Source: Nitrospinales bacterium (GTDB lineage: Bacteria > Nitrospinota > Nitrospinia > Nitrospinales > VA-1). From it: a stretch of DNA of 64,000 nucleotides. How positions within the stretch are numbered: position 1 is the first letter of the stretch; each line of letters begins with the position of its first letter. Position numbers and translations under genes: made by a program. Positions 20,583 to 30,800 of this stretch are shown piece after piece. The stretch covers positions 384,001-448,000 of the forward strand of contig CBDCXL010000002.1 in the NCBI GenBank assembly GCA_965223795.1, given 5' to 3'. Below the pieces are notes generated by a model that was given only the letters and a program-made list of their open reading frames with translations, had not been told where the DNA came from and did no database searches.

Positions 20583-21830
20583 AACGTTGGGCGGGATCCG
20601 ACGTGAGCCCGCTGCGCGTCACGGGCACGGCGCTGCCCGGCAACCTTCTGCTTGATGGCCAGGCTGATCATCCTGTGCCTGCTTCTGTTCTCGGAATGGC
20701 GGCACTTCAAGGTTCCCTTCCTGCCTCTCGTTCCCGCGTTCGATGCGCTGCGGTCGTTCGAAGCGTTTCCGCTGATCCTGCACGCGGCGTTTTTTTTCGG
20801 CGTGCTCTGTGTGCTGTTCAACCGCTCGGTGCGGACGGGCTGCCTGCTGGTGGGCCTCGCCGTGTTGCTCGCCATACTGGCGGGCCGGATCGAGTACCGC
20901 AACCACAGCGTGCTGGCCTCGTTCCTGTTGATCCTGATCGGCCTGCACACGGGGAAGCACACGCTGGCGCTATTGCGGCTGCAAATCGCGGTCGTGTATT
21001 TCGGCGCCGGGCTGAACAAGGTCCTCGATCCGGACTGGCTCGACGGACGGTTTTTCGAATACTGGACGCACGAGCGTTTGAACCACGCTCCCTACATGCT
21101 GGCGGCTTCGTATTTCCCGCCGATGCTGCTGTCCAGGCTGATGAGCTGGACCACGATCTTTCTGGAGTTCAGCATCGCGCTCGGGTTTCTGATCCCGCGA
21201 TTTTATGTCGTGAGCGTGTGGCTGGGGATCGCCCTGCACACGTCGATCATGCTGTTCACGATCGAAACCGCCAACCTGCAGGGCCTGTTCGCGTATTTTT
21301 TTCCGGTTGCCGTTGCTTCTTATCTCGCGTTTTTCAAATGGCCCAAAGGGGCGATCAACATCTCGTACGATCCCGGCCACGCGGTGAGCCGCACGCTGCA
21401 AAGCATTTCCCGCTTAATCGATTGGGACCGCCGCTTTTGCTGGCGGCCGTTTCCGCACAACCCGAACGCGAAGGGCAACCGGCCTTATCTGCTGTTGACG
21501 GTCCGCGGCAGGACCTGGGCGGATCTCAAAGCGCTGCGGCTGTTTCTGCTCTGGAACCCGGCGACCTACCTCGCCTGGTACTGTGGATTTCTGTTCCTGT
21601 TCCGCGCGCTGCCGTTTGCGGCCGGGCTGGTATTCGATTCGCGCTACATTCCCTTCGGCGCCGTGGTCAAAGCTCTGTACGTCCTGGTTCCTGCGGTTTT
21701 CTTCTTCCCGCTGTTCACCGCCTGGATCGATTCCGGGCTGAAGCGTTTGGGGAGCCGTCCCTCCCCTGAGGTGCACCCAGCACAGCGCAGTGCAATGCGC
21801 CCGGAAACACCGCATCCTTCTCAACGCTGA
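20561..21830 (+). CDS. HTTM-domain (SdpB/VKGC-like) membrane protein with degenerate DCC-like C-terminus; probable frameshift near 20652
   Basis: YRNH, QIAVVYFGAGLNKVLDPDWLDG and GIALHTSI motifs in frame 20652-21830; the SD-bearing start at 20561 is in another frame. Confidence 0.7.
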
Positions 21831-22004
21831 GGCAGAACCGAGGAACATCAAATCCGATGTATGCTCAAACGAACCAGCGATACGGGGAAATGGAGTCAAC
21901 GACTGCATGCTGAAAGTCCGCATCCTAGCGCAGAGCTGAAGAACACCCCATATCTTCCATGAAGCCGGGAACGCAATCTGAGCTTTACTCGACGAGCGAT
22001 CAAC

Positions 22005-22025
22005 CTCCTCTCCCCTGGAGGGAGA
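22005..22025 (-). repeat. partial family-B REP arm
   Basis: Reverse complement TCTCCCTCCAGGGGAGAGGAG matches the right arm at 11235-11254. Confidence 0.65.
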
Positions 22026-22150
22026 ATAAAATTTCTCTTACGAGAATTTACGCTCGATCTTCCGATCTGAATTCGTCTGATAAAGCTAAAAAATAAAAAA
22101 CTGCGAGAACAGGAACTTCAGTTTCCACTCTGAACCCTGGTTGGGCAGGA

Positions 22151-22795
22151 TTACGAAAGAGGCTTGATGAGGTCGTCGGCGTTCCAGTTCACGGACAGGC
22201 GTCTGCGTTCGCCGGAGCGGGTCTCGTAGTTGACGTAGCCCTCTTTCTGGCCGAACAGGAACAGGTCGCGGGTGATCTCCACGTCCTTGATGCAGTACTC
22301 GACGATCTGGTCGATCTTGCCTTCCTTGAACCATTGCAGGGCGATGAGACCGTCGGCGGATTTTTCCGAGCCTAAGGTGTGGTGCGCCAGGTGGTTGAGA
22401 CTCAACCGGTGGTTGAGCTTGCTCTTGACGTCGTCCAGCATGTCGAAGGTGGGGATCTCCTCGAGGTCGAAATCCTTGGAGTAATGCTGCAGGACGGTGT
22501 AGTCGAATCCCTTGACGTTGAAGCCGACGACGAGATCGGCGGTTTTGAGCTTTTCGACCAGCTTGCCTTGCTCCACATCCGATTCCAGGTAGGTGTGGTA
22601 TTTGCCGTCGATGCTGTCCCAGACGACGCCCACGGATATGAGCATTTTGTGGATGTTGCCCCAGCCGCCCACCTCGTCGGCGCTCTTCTGGGTTTCCAGG
22701 TCGAAATACTGGATGCGCCACGGGGAATCCGTGGTTTTCGCGGCAGGGGCCGTTTCTACCTGGGGTTCGCCGAATAAATCGAGCTGATCTGTCAT
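22151..22795 (-). CDS. RNase_H_2/YprB-like DEDD 3'-5' exonuclease
   Basis: FDLET, GFNVKGFD, SLNHLA, YCIKDV motifs; N-terminal QLDLF. Confidence 0.85.
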   Translation of the reverse strand: MTDQLDLFGEPQVETAPAAKTTDSPWRIQYFDLETQKSADEVGGWGNIHKMLISVGVVWDSIDGKYHTYLESDVEQGKLVEKLKTADLVVGFNVKGFDYTVLQHYSKDFDLEEIPTFDMLDDVKSKLNHRLSLNHLAHHTLGSEKSADGLIALQWFKEGKIDQIVEYCIKDVEITRDLFLFGQKEGYVNYETRSGERRRLSVNWNADDLIKPLS

Positions 22796-22966
22796 TTTCC
22801 GCCCAAAATTCAAGGAAATTCGCTATGCCGGTACTTTATCACCCCTCCTGCCGGAATCAACCCCTTTTTAATAACCGGTTCATATTCAATGGTTTGCGTG
22901 CACAATCCCGGAAAATCCGGGTACGGACCCAAAATCAGGCGTTTGCGTGAAAAATGATTAAAAATC

Positions 22967-22994
22967 TAAAGTTTACAATTTGTTAGGCCGTTAA
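22967..22994 (+). promoter_or_regulatory. putative sigma28 (FliA) promoter
   Basis: TAAAGTTT...GCCGTTAA (TAAA-N16-GCCGTTAA) about 50 nt upstream of fliD. Confidence 0.65.
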
Positions 22995-23047
22995 TCTTTC
23001 CTGGTAAGGTATGAATTCCAATTTGGTTTGAGAGGCGAAGGGTTCCC

Positions 23048-24673
23048 ATGGCCGAATCCGCGATTTCCGGTCTCAATTCAGGGCTCGACACCGCGTCGTT
23101 GATCAGCAGCCTGATCGCGCTGCAGCGGCGTCCGATCGACCTGGTGGAGGCGAAAAAGGAGATCGAGAACCAGAAACTGGCCTCCTTCCAGGAGCTGCAG
23201 TCCCGGCTGCAGACCTTCAAAAGCGTGGTCACCACGCTCAACACGGAAGCGCGCTTTTTGTCCACGCGCGGGGATTTTTCCAACAACAGCGCCACGGACA
23301 CCAACCAGGTGGTCACGCTCGACACGACGAGCCAGGCGGCCTCGGGCACGTTTTCGCTGACGGTCAACCAGCTGGCGCGGGAAAGCAAGCTGATCTCGGA
23401 AGGCTTCGCCGAAACCACGTCCACGGTTCCGCAGGGCATCCTGGAAATCACCGTCGGCTCCACCACGACGACGGTCACCGTCGATTCCTCCAACAACACG
23501 CTCGACGGACTGCGTCTGGCGATCAACAATTCCGGCGCGGACGTTTCGGCTTCGTTTTTAAACGACGGCAGCGCCACCAACCCGGTCAAGCTTCTGGTCT
23601 CCGGCACCAAGACCGGCGCGGACAACAGCGTATCGGTCTCGCTCAAGCAGGGTTTCATCGGCGGCGGCACGCAGGAGGTGCTGGCGTTCACGGAAACGCA
23701 GTCGGCGCAGAACGCCAGTCTGGTTGTGGACGGCGTGTCGGTCACCAAGTCCAACAACACGGTGACCGATGTGATCAACGGGGCGGTGCTCAACCTCAAG
23801 TCCGCCGGTTCCGGCACCATCACGCTGTCCTCGGATCAGGAAGCCATCAAGGAAAAGATCAATGATTTCGTGAACGGCTACAACGACCTCACACTTTTTC
23901 TCAACGAACAGCAGTTTTTGGATCCGGACTCCTTTACGACGGGCGTTTTATTTGGTAATTTTACTGTCCAGAATCTGCAGCAATCGCTTCGCAACACAGT
24001 GAGTGGCCAGGTCGCCGGAGTCGACGGCACGTTCACGTTTCTTTCCCAGATCGGCATCCGCACGCAAAGCGACGGAACGCTTTCGATCGATGATTCCGTT
24101 CTGACCGACGCCCTGACCACGGATATTTCCAATGTCAGTCAGCTTTTCTCCAGCAAGGGGACCACGAGCAACAACAACGTCACGTTCGTCGGCTTCACCA
24201 AGAACACGGTTCCCGGCACTTATGATTTGCGGGTTTCAGGCGGTGTCCCGCAGCTGAGCCCCTCGGGCCAGAACGACTACACGGACGCCGTCGGCGCGGG
24301 CAATTTTTTCGCGGGCGCGGAAGGGACCGATGCGGAAGGCCTCAACTTCAGAATCGGCAACCTCAACGACGGGGACTACGGCACCATCACGCTTTCCATC
24401 GGCGTGGCGGAGACCATCAACCGGGTGCTCGACAACCTGGTGGACACCTCCCTCAACGGACCGCTTTCCGCGGAAATCGACACCATCACGGAAACCATCA
24501 AGGATTTCGACAACACCATCCTTGATCTCGAAGACAGGCTGACCGTGTTTGAAGAGGATCTCAGACTGCGCTTCACCAATCTGGAAATTCTCATCGGGGA
24601 GCTGAACACCCAACGGGACGCGTTCACCCAGGCCCTCGCGGGCGTTCAGAATCTGTTTCAGAACTCCGGCTGA
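23048..24673 (+). CDS. fliD: flagellar filament cap protein
   Basis: ISGLNSGLDT N-terminus, Ser/Thr-rich body, FVNGYN, C-terminal coiled coil; followed by fliS. Confidence 0.93.
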   Translation: MAESAISGLNSGLDTASLISSLIALQRRPIDLVEAKKEIENQKLASFQELQSRLQTFKSVVTTLNTEARFLSTRGDFSNNSATDTNQVVTLDTTSQAASGTFSLTVNQLARESKLISEGFAETTSTVPQGILEITVGSTTTTVTVDSSNNTLDGLRLAINNSGADVSASFLNDGSATNPVKLLVSGTKTGADNSVSVSLKQGFIGGGTQEVLAFTETQSAQNASLVVDGVSVTKSNNTVTDVINGAVLNLKSAGSGTITLSSDQEAIKEKINDFVNGYNDLTLFLNEQQFLDPDSFTTGVLFGNFTVQNLQQSLRNTVSGQVAGVDGTFTFLSQIGIRTQSDGTLSIDDSVLTDALTTDISNVSQLFSSKGTTSNNNVTFVGFTKNTVPGTYDLRVSGGVPQLSPSGQNDYTDAVGAGNFFAGAEGTDAEGLNFRIGNLNDGDYGTITLSIGVAETINRVLDNLVDTSLNGPLSAEIDTITETIKDFDNTILDLEDRLTVFEEDLRLRFTNLEILIGELNTQRDAFTQALAGVQNLFQNSG

Positions 24674-24706
24674 TCTCACCCTGAACTCATAGGAGATTTT
24701 CGTTTC

Positions 24707-25141
24707 ATGGTCCCCTCCAAGCACTACCAGGCCTACAAGCAGAACCAGGTTTCCACCTCCAGTCAGGGCAAACTGATCATCATGATGTACGAGGGAGCCA
24801 AAAAGTTCACGTACATGGCCATCGACGCTCTGGACAGGGGCGACATCTCCGCGAAGAGCCTGTACATTCAAAAAACCCACGACATCATCAACGAACTTTC
24901 GGTGTCGCTCGACCTCAAAAAAGGCGGCGATGTGGCGGTGCGGCTGGAAAGCCTGTATCAGTTCATCCTCAACCAACTGACGCTGGCGAACATCAAGTCC
25001 GACCGCAAGGCACTGGAATCGATCATCAAGGTGCTCGACCCGCTGCTCGACGGCTGGACGCAATTGTTCAACGAGGCGCAGGCATCCAATGGCGCACCGG
25101 TGCGGCCCGCTCCGCAAAGAAGCATCGCTTCTAAAATCTGA
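24707..25141 (+). CDS. fliS: flagellar export chaperone
   Basis: AYKQNQVSTSSQGKLIIMMYEGA, ELSVSLDLKKGGDVA, LESLY. Confidence 0.95.
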   Translation: MVPSKHYQAYKQNQVSTSSQGKLIIMMYEGAKKFTYMAIDALDRGDISAKSLYIQKTHDIINELSVSLDLKKGGDVAVRLESLYQFILNQLTLANIKSDRKALESIIKVLDPLLDGWTQLFNEAQASNGAPVRPAPQRSIASKI

Positions 25142-25347
25142 TCCTTACTCCCGCACGCGCGGGGTTTCCCTTTCTTCCCGCAACCTTCTTTTTCCCTTCC
25201 TGCGCGATCCGTTCCGTTTCACCTTAGAACCGGCAATCCCGTTGAAACCACGGGGATTTTTTGCCAATTTGCTTTGACAAGGTATGGGAGCTGTGATAAA
25301 AACGGTTCTCTTTTATCCCGCAAACCCATTCCCTTAAAGCAAGTGCG

Positions 25348-26508
25348 ATGAAAATTCACGAGTACCAGGCGAAGGAAATCCTGGCGAAATACAATGTCCC
25401 GGTGCCGACGGGAATCCTGGTGGACGATCCGGCGCAGGCGCCCGACGCGGCGAGCAAGCTGGGCACGCCGGTGACGGTGGTCAAGGCGCAGATCCACGCG
25501 GGCGGACGCGGCAAAGGCGGCGGGGTGAAACTCGCCAAAAGCCCGGAAGAAGCGCGGACGCACGCGGAAAGCATCATCGGCATGACGCTGGTGACGCCGC
25601 AGACCGGGCCGGAAGGCCGGCTGGTGAAAAAAGTCCTGATCGAAGAGGGAATGGACATCGCCAAGGAACTGTATCTCGGCATCCTCATCGACCGCGAGTC
25701 GAGCCGGGTGCTGATCATGGCCAGCGAAGCGGGCGGCATGGAGATCGAGGAAGTGGCGGCGGAGACGCCGGAGAAGATCCACAAGGAAATCGTCGATCCG
25801 GTCGTCGGGGTCAAGCCCTACCTGGCGCGCAAGATCGCCTTCGCGCTCAATCTGGAAGGCGACGCGTTCAAAAAGATGGTTCCGTTCATCATCAACCTGT
25901 ACGAAGCGTTCGTTAAGGAAGACTGCGACATGCTGGAGATCAACCCGCTGGTGGTCACTTCCGAGGACCGCGTGCTGGCGCTGGACGCCAAGGTGAGCAT
26001 CGACGACAACGCGCTCTACCGGCACAAGGAAACGGCGGCCTACCGGGATCTCGACGAAGAAGCGCCGCTTGAGGTGGAGGCCTCGAAGTTTCACCTCAAC
26101 TACATCAAGCTCGACGGCAACATCGGCTGCATGGTGAACGGCGCCGGCCTGGCGATGGCGACGATGGACATCATCAAGCATTCGGGCGGCGAACCGGCGA
26201 ACTTTCTCGACGTGGGCGGCGGCGCCAACGAGGAGATGATCGAAAACGGTTTCCGCATCCTGCTTTCCGACGAAAACGTGAAAGCGATTTTCATCAATAT
26301 TTTCGGCGGCATCCTGCGGTGCGACATTCTGGCGCGCGGCGTGGTGGCGGCGGCGAAAAAACTCAACGTTCAAGTCCCCATCGTTGTCCGCATGGAAGGC
26401 ACCAACATGGAGGAAGGGCACAAGATTCTGGAAGAGTCCGGCCTCTCTTTCGTCGTGGGCAATGGAATGAAAGACGCAGCACAAAAAGCGGTGAAATCGA
26501 TCCAATGA
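25348..26508 (+). CDS. sucC: succinyl-CoA synthetase beta subunit
   Basis: [48 protein letters not shown]. Confidence 0.98.
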   Translation: MKIHEYQAKEILAKYNVPVPTGILVDDPAQAPDAASKLGTPVTVVKAQIHAGGRGKGGGVKLAKSPEEARTHAESIIGMTLVTPQTGPEGRLVKKVLIEEGMDIAKELYLGILIDRESSRVLIMASEAGGMEIEEVAAETPEKIHKEIVDPVVGVKPYLARKIAFALNLEGDAFKKMVPFIINLYEAFVKEDCDMLEINPLVVTSEDRVLALDAKVSIDDNALYRHKETAAYRDLDEEAPLEVEASKFHLNYIKLDGNIGCMVNGAGLAMATMDIIKHSGGEPANFLDVGGGANEEMIENGFRILLSDENVKAIFINIFGGILRCDILARGVVAAAKKLNVQVPIVVRMEGTNMEEGHKILEESGLSFVVGNGMKDAAQKAVKSIQ

Positions 26509-27374
26509 GCATTCTAGTCGATGAAAATACGAGATTGATCGTCCAGGGCATCACCGGACGGGAAGGCCAGTTTCATGCCGAGCAGAGCATGCTTTACGGA
26601 ACCAAACTGGTGGGCGGCGTCACGCCCGGCAAGGGCGGGCAGACGGTTCTGGAAAAAGTCCCCGTGTTCAACACGGTGTCCGAGGCCGCCAAGAAAACCA
26701 GGGCCAACGCCACCATGATCTTCGTGCCGCCGCCGTTCGCGGCGGACGCGATCCTGGAAGCGGCGTCCGCGGGGATCGAGCTGATCATCTGCATCACCGA
26801 AGGCATCCCCACCTACGACATGGTCGAGGTGTACAAATACCTGGAAAACTCCGAATCGCGGCTGATCGGCCCCAACTGCCCGGGCGTCATCTCCCCCGGC
26901 AAGGCCAAGATCGGCATCATGCCGGCGCACATCCACAAAAAAGGCAACGTCGGCATCATCTCCCGCAGCGGCACGCTGACCTATGAAACGGTGGGGCAGC
27001 TCACCGCGATGGGAATCGGCCAGTCCACCTGCGTGGGCATCGGCGGCGACCCGATCATCGGCAGCCGGTTCACCGACATCCTGGAGCTGTTCAACAAGGA
27101 CCGCGGCACCAAGGCCATCTGCATGATCGGAGAAATCGGCGGCAGCGCCGAGGACGAGGCGGCCCGCTACATCAAAAAGAACGTCAAGAAACCGGTCGTC
27201 GGTTTCATCGCCGGGCAGACCGCGCCTCCGGGCCGCAGGATGGGACACGCGGGCGCCATCATCTCAGGCGGACAGGGCACGGCGGAGGAGAAGATGAAGG
27301 TCATGAAACGCTGCGGCATCAAAGTCTGCAAAAGCCCGGCGGACCTGGGAAAAACCATCTCCAAGGTGCTCTGA
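26505..27374 (+). CDS. sucD: succinyl-CoA synthetase alpha subunit
   Basis: [35 protein letters not shown] overlap with sucC. Confidence 0.98.
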   Translation: MSILVDENTRLIVQGITGREGQFHAEQSMLYGTKLVGGVTPGKGGQTVLEKVPVFNTVSEAAKKTRANATMIFVPPPFAADAILEAASAGIELIICITEGIPTYDMVEVYKYLENSESRLIGPNCPGVISPGKAKIGIMPAHIHKKGNVGIISRSGTLTYETVGQLTAMGIGQSTCVGIGGDPIIGSRFTDILELFNKDRGTKAICMIGEIGGSAEDEAARYIKKNVKKPVVGFIAGQTAPPGRRMGHAGAIISGGQGTAEEKMKVMKRCGIKVCKSPADLGKTISKVL

Positions 27375-27505
27375 CAAAACGGGGAAAGGCGGCCTGCCCT
27401 TCCCTCAGGCTTTAACCGGCCACACTCCCACCGCAAGCGCCCGCTTTCCATACACCAATATTAAAAATATTTGCACCGGCAGTCGCGGGGACTCATCTTA
27501 GCTTC

Positions 27506-27703
27506 ATGAACGCGCAAATCTGCAAAAAGTGCGGTATGGAAAACGTCACCAAGTCCGCCTGGTGTGAAAAATGCCTGACGCCGTTTCACGAATACGGTGA
27601 AGACCAGAAGATCCACTGCCCTGAATGCAAGCACGTCAATTCTTATACGGAAGAATACTGTGAGGTCTGCCACGAACCGCTCAAGCCGGGTCAGTGGGAG
27701 TGA
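27506..27703 (+). CDS. small double zinc-ribbon protein
   Basis: Four CxxC pairs (CKKC, CEKC, CPEC, CEVC) in 65 aa. Confidence 0.75.
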   Translation: MNAQICKKCGMENVTKSAWCEKCLTPFHEYGEDQKIHCPECKHVNSYTEEYCEVCHEPLKPGQWE

Positions 27704-27709
27704 GGACGG

Positions 27710-28156
27710 TCAATCCTCTTCTTCCTTGTCAGAGTCCTCATAGGAAAGGTAGGACAAGCGGCTCTGGTAATCCAGCAGATCGAACGCCTTGCCCTGGCGG
27801 AACGTGGAAAAGTACTGGTCCGCGTAGACGCCGATGATGGCGTGCAGGGCATCGTGCTCTTCCATCCCCTGGTCTTTGAGCCGGTTTAAGGTCTCCTGCA
27901 CGAATGGAGGGTCGCCGTTGAGCAGCTGCTTGTCAACGGTGACATGTAAAACCGTGTGTACAAATGGACTCACTATCTGTCCGCCGATCTCCTGGGGATA
28001 GGTGGCGAGTTCCCCCTGTTTCCAGACATCGTCGAATTCCGGGTGCATGTCCATGATGTACGCGATCCGCTCGTCCACCTCGTCGATTTCCCTGCCTTCC
28101 TGACGCCCGGCGGCGACCTGGAGAATGCGAACCTGGGTTTCCTTATCAAAATTCAT
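27710..28156 (-). CDS. DUF1841-like protein
   Basis: MHPEF, SPFVHTVLHVTVDKQ, EHDALHAI His-rich motifs. Confidence 0.65.
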   Translation of the reverse strand: MNFDKETQVRILQVAAGRQEGREIDEVDERIAYIMDMHPEFDDVWKQGELATYPQEIGGQIVSPFVHTVLHVTVDKQLLNGDPPFVQETLNRLKDQGMEEHDALHAIIGVYADQYFSTFRQGKAFDLLDYQSRLSYLSYEDSDKEEED

Positions 28157-28229
28157 GGTGAATCCCCTATCGTGTGATCCTGTGGGAAGTTGGATGGTGC
28201 TCTGTTAATTTGTTAGAGCGGAAAACCCG

Positions 28230-28514
28230 TCAGGGGGTTTCGGAAAAATGCGTCCTTCTCTTGGAGCCCTCGCCGCCATACACCATGAACACCCTTTTCC
28301 CCTGCCGCATGTGGTACTTGGCCCAGGCGGGGGATTTGTCCTGGTAGCTGGCATCAGGGTCCTCGCCTTCCGCCTTGAGGTAATCCGGGTAATCCAGGCC
28401 GGCTTCGTACACGTCCAGAAGCAGGCAGTCGGTGTTGAAGCCCTCTCCGGTCAGCTTGATCTGGCTCAAAAAGGTCTCGATTTCAGCGGGATCGTTCAGT
28501 TCAATGGGCTGCAT
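28230..28514 (-). CDS. hypothetical protein
   Basis: 94-aa ORF with host codon usage and AAGGA RBS. Confidence 0.7.
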   Translation of the reverse strand: MQPIELNDPAEIETFLSQIKLTGEGFNTDCLLLDVYEAGLDYPDYLKAEGEDPDASYQDKSPAWAKYHMRQGKRVFMVYGGEGSKRRTHFSETP

Positions 28515-28808
28515 GGTGTGTTCCTTGAATTCGGATGAAGCGCGCGCCGCATGCGGCGGGGCCCGGTGTCCGCAGCGCGCAGGATTTCCTGATCTGGCTC
28601 AGCTCTGGCGTCCGGCGGCCCCGGATTCCGGCCCCCGAAATTCAACCTGGGGCTGGATTTGGACGCACAAGGGGGGTATTGTAAAACAAACGATATTTCA
28701 GGGAAAATCAAAAAACTCGATTTTCAGCAAAACTATTTTCCCCGATCTCCATCGAAAACCTGTGAATTAAAGCGAAAAACGATTAAAATACAACTTTGGG
28801 GATAAGAC

Positions 28809-29138
28809 ATGGTTACCCAGGAAAACCTGTTGTTATGCCGAACCGAACCCAATGGGATGGGCGGCACCCAGTTTCTGTTCAAAGTGAATGATTACGGTGT
28901 CGTCGCCGTGACCCGGCCCGAGGAAAATATCGCCAATATTCACTGGCAGGTGGATATCATCCGATATTCGAACACCAGTCCCATCGAATATTCCGTATGC
29001 CACACCACGGAACTGGCCAGCAAAACCCTTAAATTTTTCAACGACAATTCCCTGAACGAATTCCTTGAAAAAGCGTTTTCCTACTTCAGCGAACTCAACC
29101 AGCTTGAGAATATGCTGCCCAAGGACAAGCGCGTCTGA
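28809..29138 (+). CDS. hypothetical protein
   Basis: 109-aa ORF with protein-like composition; no recognised motif. Confidence 0.7.
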   Translation: MVTQENLLLCRTEPNGMGGTQFLFKVNDYGVVAVTRPEENIANIHWQVDIIRYSNTSPIEYSVCHTTELASKTLKFFNDNSLNEFLEKAFSYFSELNQLENMLPKDKRV

Positions 29139-29165
29139 AAAGACTCATATTTAGTGGGTTATCAC

Positions 29166-29195
29166 TTGACAGAGCTTAGTGTTCTTATTTAATAT
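29166..29195 (+). promoter_or_regulatory. putative sigma70 promoter of the oxidoreductase operon
   Basis: TTGACA(29166-29171)-N18-TAATAT(29190-29195). Confidence 0.55.
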
Positions 29196-29441
29196 GAGGC
29201 TCATTTTTGACACGGTTATGAATGATAATTCGGGTGTGATTCGGGCTTTATTTCCGGCCCTTTAGATTCAGCTCCGGTTTTCCGGTTAAGAATGCCGATT
29301 CTCAGGATGACAGAGCCGCACCTCGCTCAAGAATCCTTTTTCTAACAAATTAGAACAAATAAGATTACTTTCTAAATCGTCGGTAGCGGGTTTCCCTATA
29401 AAGACTACTGGTTACAAACGTATTGATTGAGGAGACAGCAT

Positions 29442-30653
29442 ATGTCGAACCTAAATCCCCAGGCTGAAGGCAAACCTAAAGATTGGGTACCAGCGGGTGA
29501 TTTGCAGAAGGTGGTTTCCGCCACCGAAATGTTTCACAAGCTTCCCAGGGAAACCCAGTTTATCACCGGCAGTGAAGCCGCACGGGAATCGATTCGCCGG
29601 GCCAATGTGGATGTGGCGATTTCCTATCCCATCACGCCGCAGAGTGAAACGATGCAGCAGGCGGGCTATCTCTACGACGAAGGCTATATCAAGGATTACT
29701 ACCGCGGCGAGGAAGAAATCGGCGTGATGTCCGCCATCTCCGGCGCTTCCCGCGCTGGTGTCCGCTGTCTCACGGCCACCGCCGGCCCCGGCCTGATGCG
29801 CGGTATGGAAGCCATCGCTTCCTGGCCCGGCGCCCGCGTGCCGCTGGTCCTGCTCGACATGTGCCGGGTCATCAACACGCCGCTCGCCATTCAGCCCGAC
29901 AACATCGAGATGTCCTTCATGCTGAACACCGGCATCCTGCTGTTGCACGCGGAAAACCAGCAGGATTTCTACGATTACCCGCTGGCGGCGTTCATCGTGT
30001 CCGAGGAAGTGGACGTGACGCTACCCGCCGTGGTGTCGGTGGATGGATTTTTTGTGACCCACGCTCGCGGACAGGTTTCCATGACTTCGGATGAATACAA
30101 ACTGCCGCCGCGTGACGGCTGGCGGTCCGCTGTGCCCGCGATGGACAACGAGAACCCGCCGGCACGCCTGTCGCGCGACGCTCCGATTCAGAAGAGTAAC
30201 TTCATCAGCTACCACATGCATTCCAGCTGGCAGCAGGAAGTGTTCGCGGCCGTCGAACGCTCGGCCAAGTATTTCGACCACTACCTGGGCGGTCTCATTG
30301 AAGTGGTCAACCCCGAAGCGGAGGATTTCATCATCGCTTCCGGCTCGGCCGTATCGCAGGCCCGCGAAGCGGTGCGCCAGGAAGGGGAACAGGGACGCAT
30401 GGTGGGACTGGTCAAGGTCAAAACCATCCGGCCGTTTCCTCGACAGCAGATCATCGATGCGGTGAAACATGCGAAGCGCATCCTGGTGCCTGAATTCAAC
30501 CAGGCGGGGTGGATGCACAAGGAAGTCTGTTCGGTGCTTTACGGCAAGTGTAAAGCGGAAATTTCCGCGGGCCCGAGGGTGTACGGCGGAATGACCATGC
30601 CGACGGAAATGGTCCTCGAATGGCTGGACTATGCCAGAAAACAAACTCCCTGA
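29442..30653 (+). CDS. forA: 2-oxoacid:ferredoxin oxidoreductase alpha subunit (For/OGOR-type)
   Basis: SYPITPQSE, TATAGPG, transketolase-C-like tail; GAGGAG RBS; order alpha-beta-gamma-epsilon. Confidence 0.85.
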   Translation: MSNLNPQAEGKPKDWVPAGDLQKVVSATEMFHKLPRETQFITGSEAARESIRRANVDVAISYPITPQSETMQQAGYLYDEGYIKDYYRGEEEIGVMSAISGASRAGVRCLTATAGPGLMRGMEAIASWPGARVPLVLLDMCRVINTPLAIQPDNIEMSFMLNTGILLLHAENQQDFYDYPLAAFIVSEEVDVTLPAVVSVDGFFVTHARGQVSMTSDEYKLPPRDGWRSAVPAMDNENPPARLSRDAPIQKSNFISYHMHSSWQQEVFAAVERSAKYFDHYLGGLIEVVNPEAEDFIIASGSAVSQAREAVRQEGEQGRMVGLVKVKTIRPFPRQQIIDAVKHAKRILVPEFNQAGWMHKEVCSVLYGKCKAEISAGPRVYGGMTMPTEMVLEWLDYARKQTP

Positions 30654-30800
30654 ACGGGTTTGCGATCCGGCGCCAGGTGCGGGCCGGAATGATTTATGGT
30701 GCTAAACCGGAAAAAAAAGCGTTTTCCGGTTACAATATAAAAGACGTTTACAGTCCTAAATACATTATAAATTCTATTTTTTAATATAAAGGATCACGAT

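Noticed and set aside
20654..21769. Continuation of the 402-aa ORF starting at 20561
   Set aside because: After about 31 codons it becomes R/A/G/P-rich with no motifs; the real protein is in the 20652-21830 frame.
26319..26504. N-terminal extension of sucD in the ORF track
   Set aside because: Overlaps sucC; the conserved SucD start is ATG 26505.
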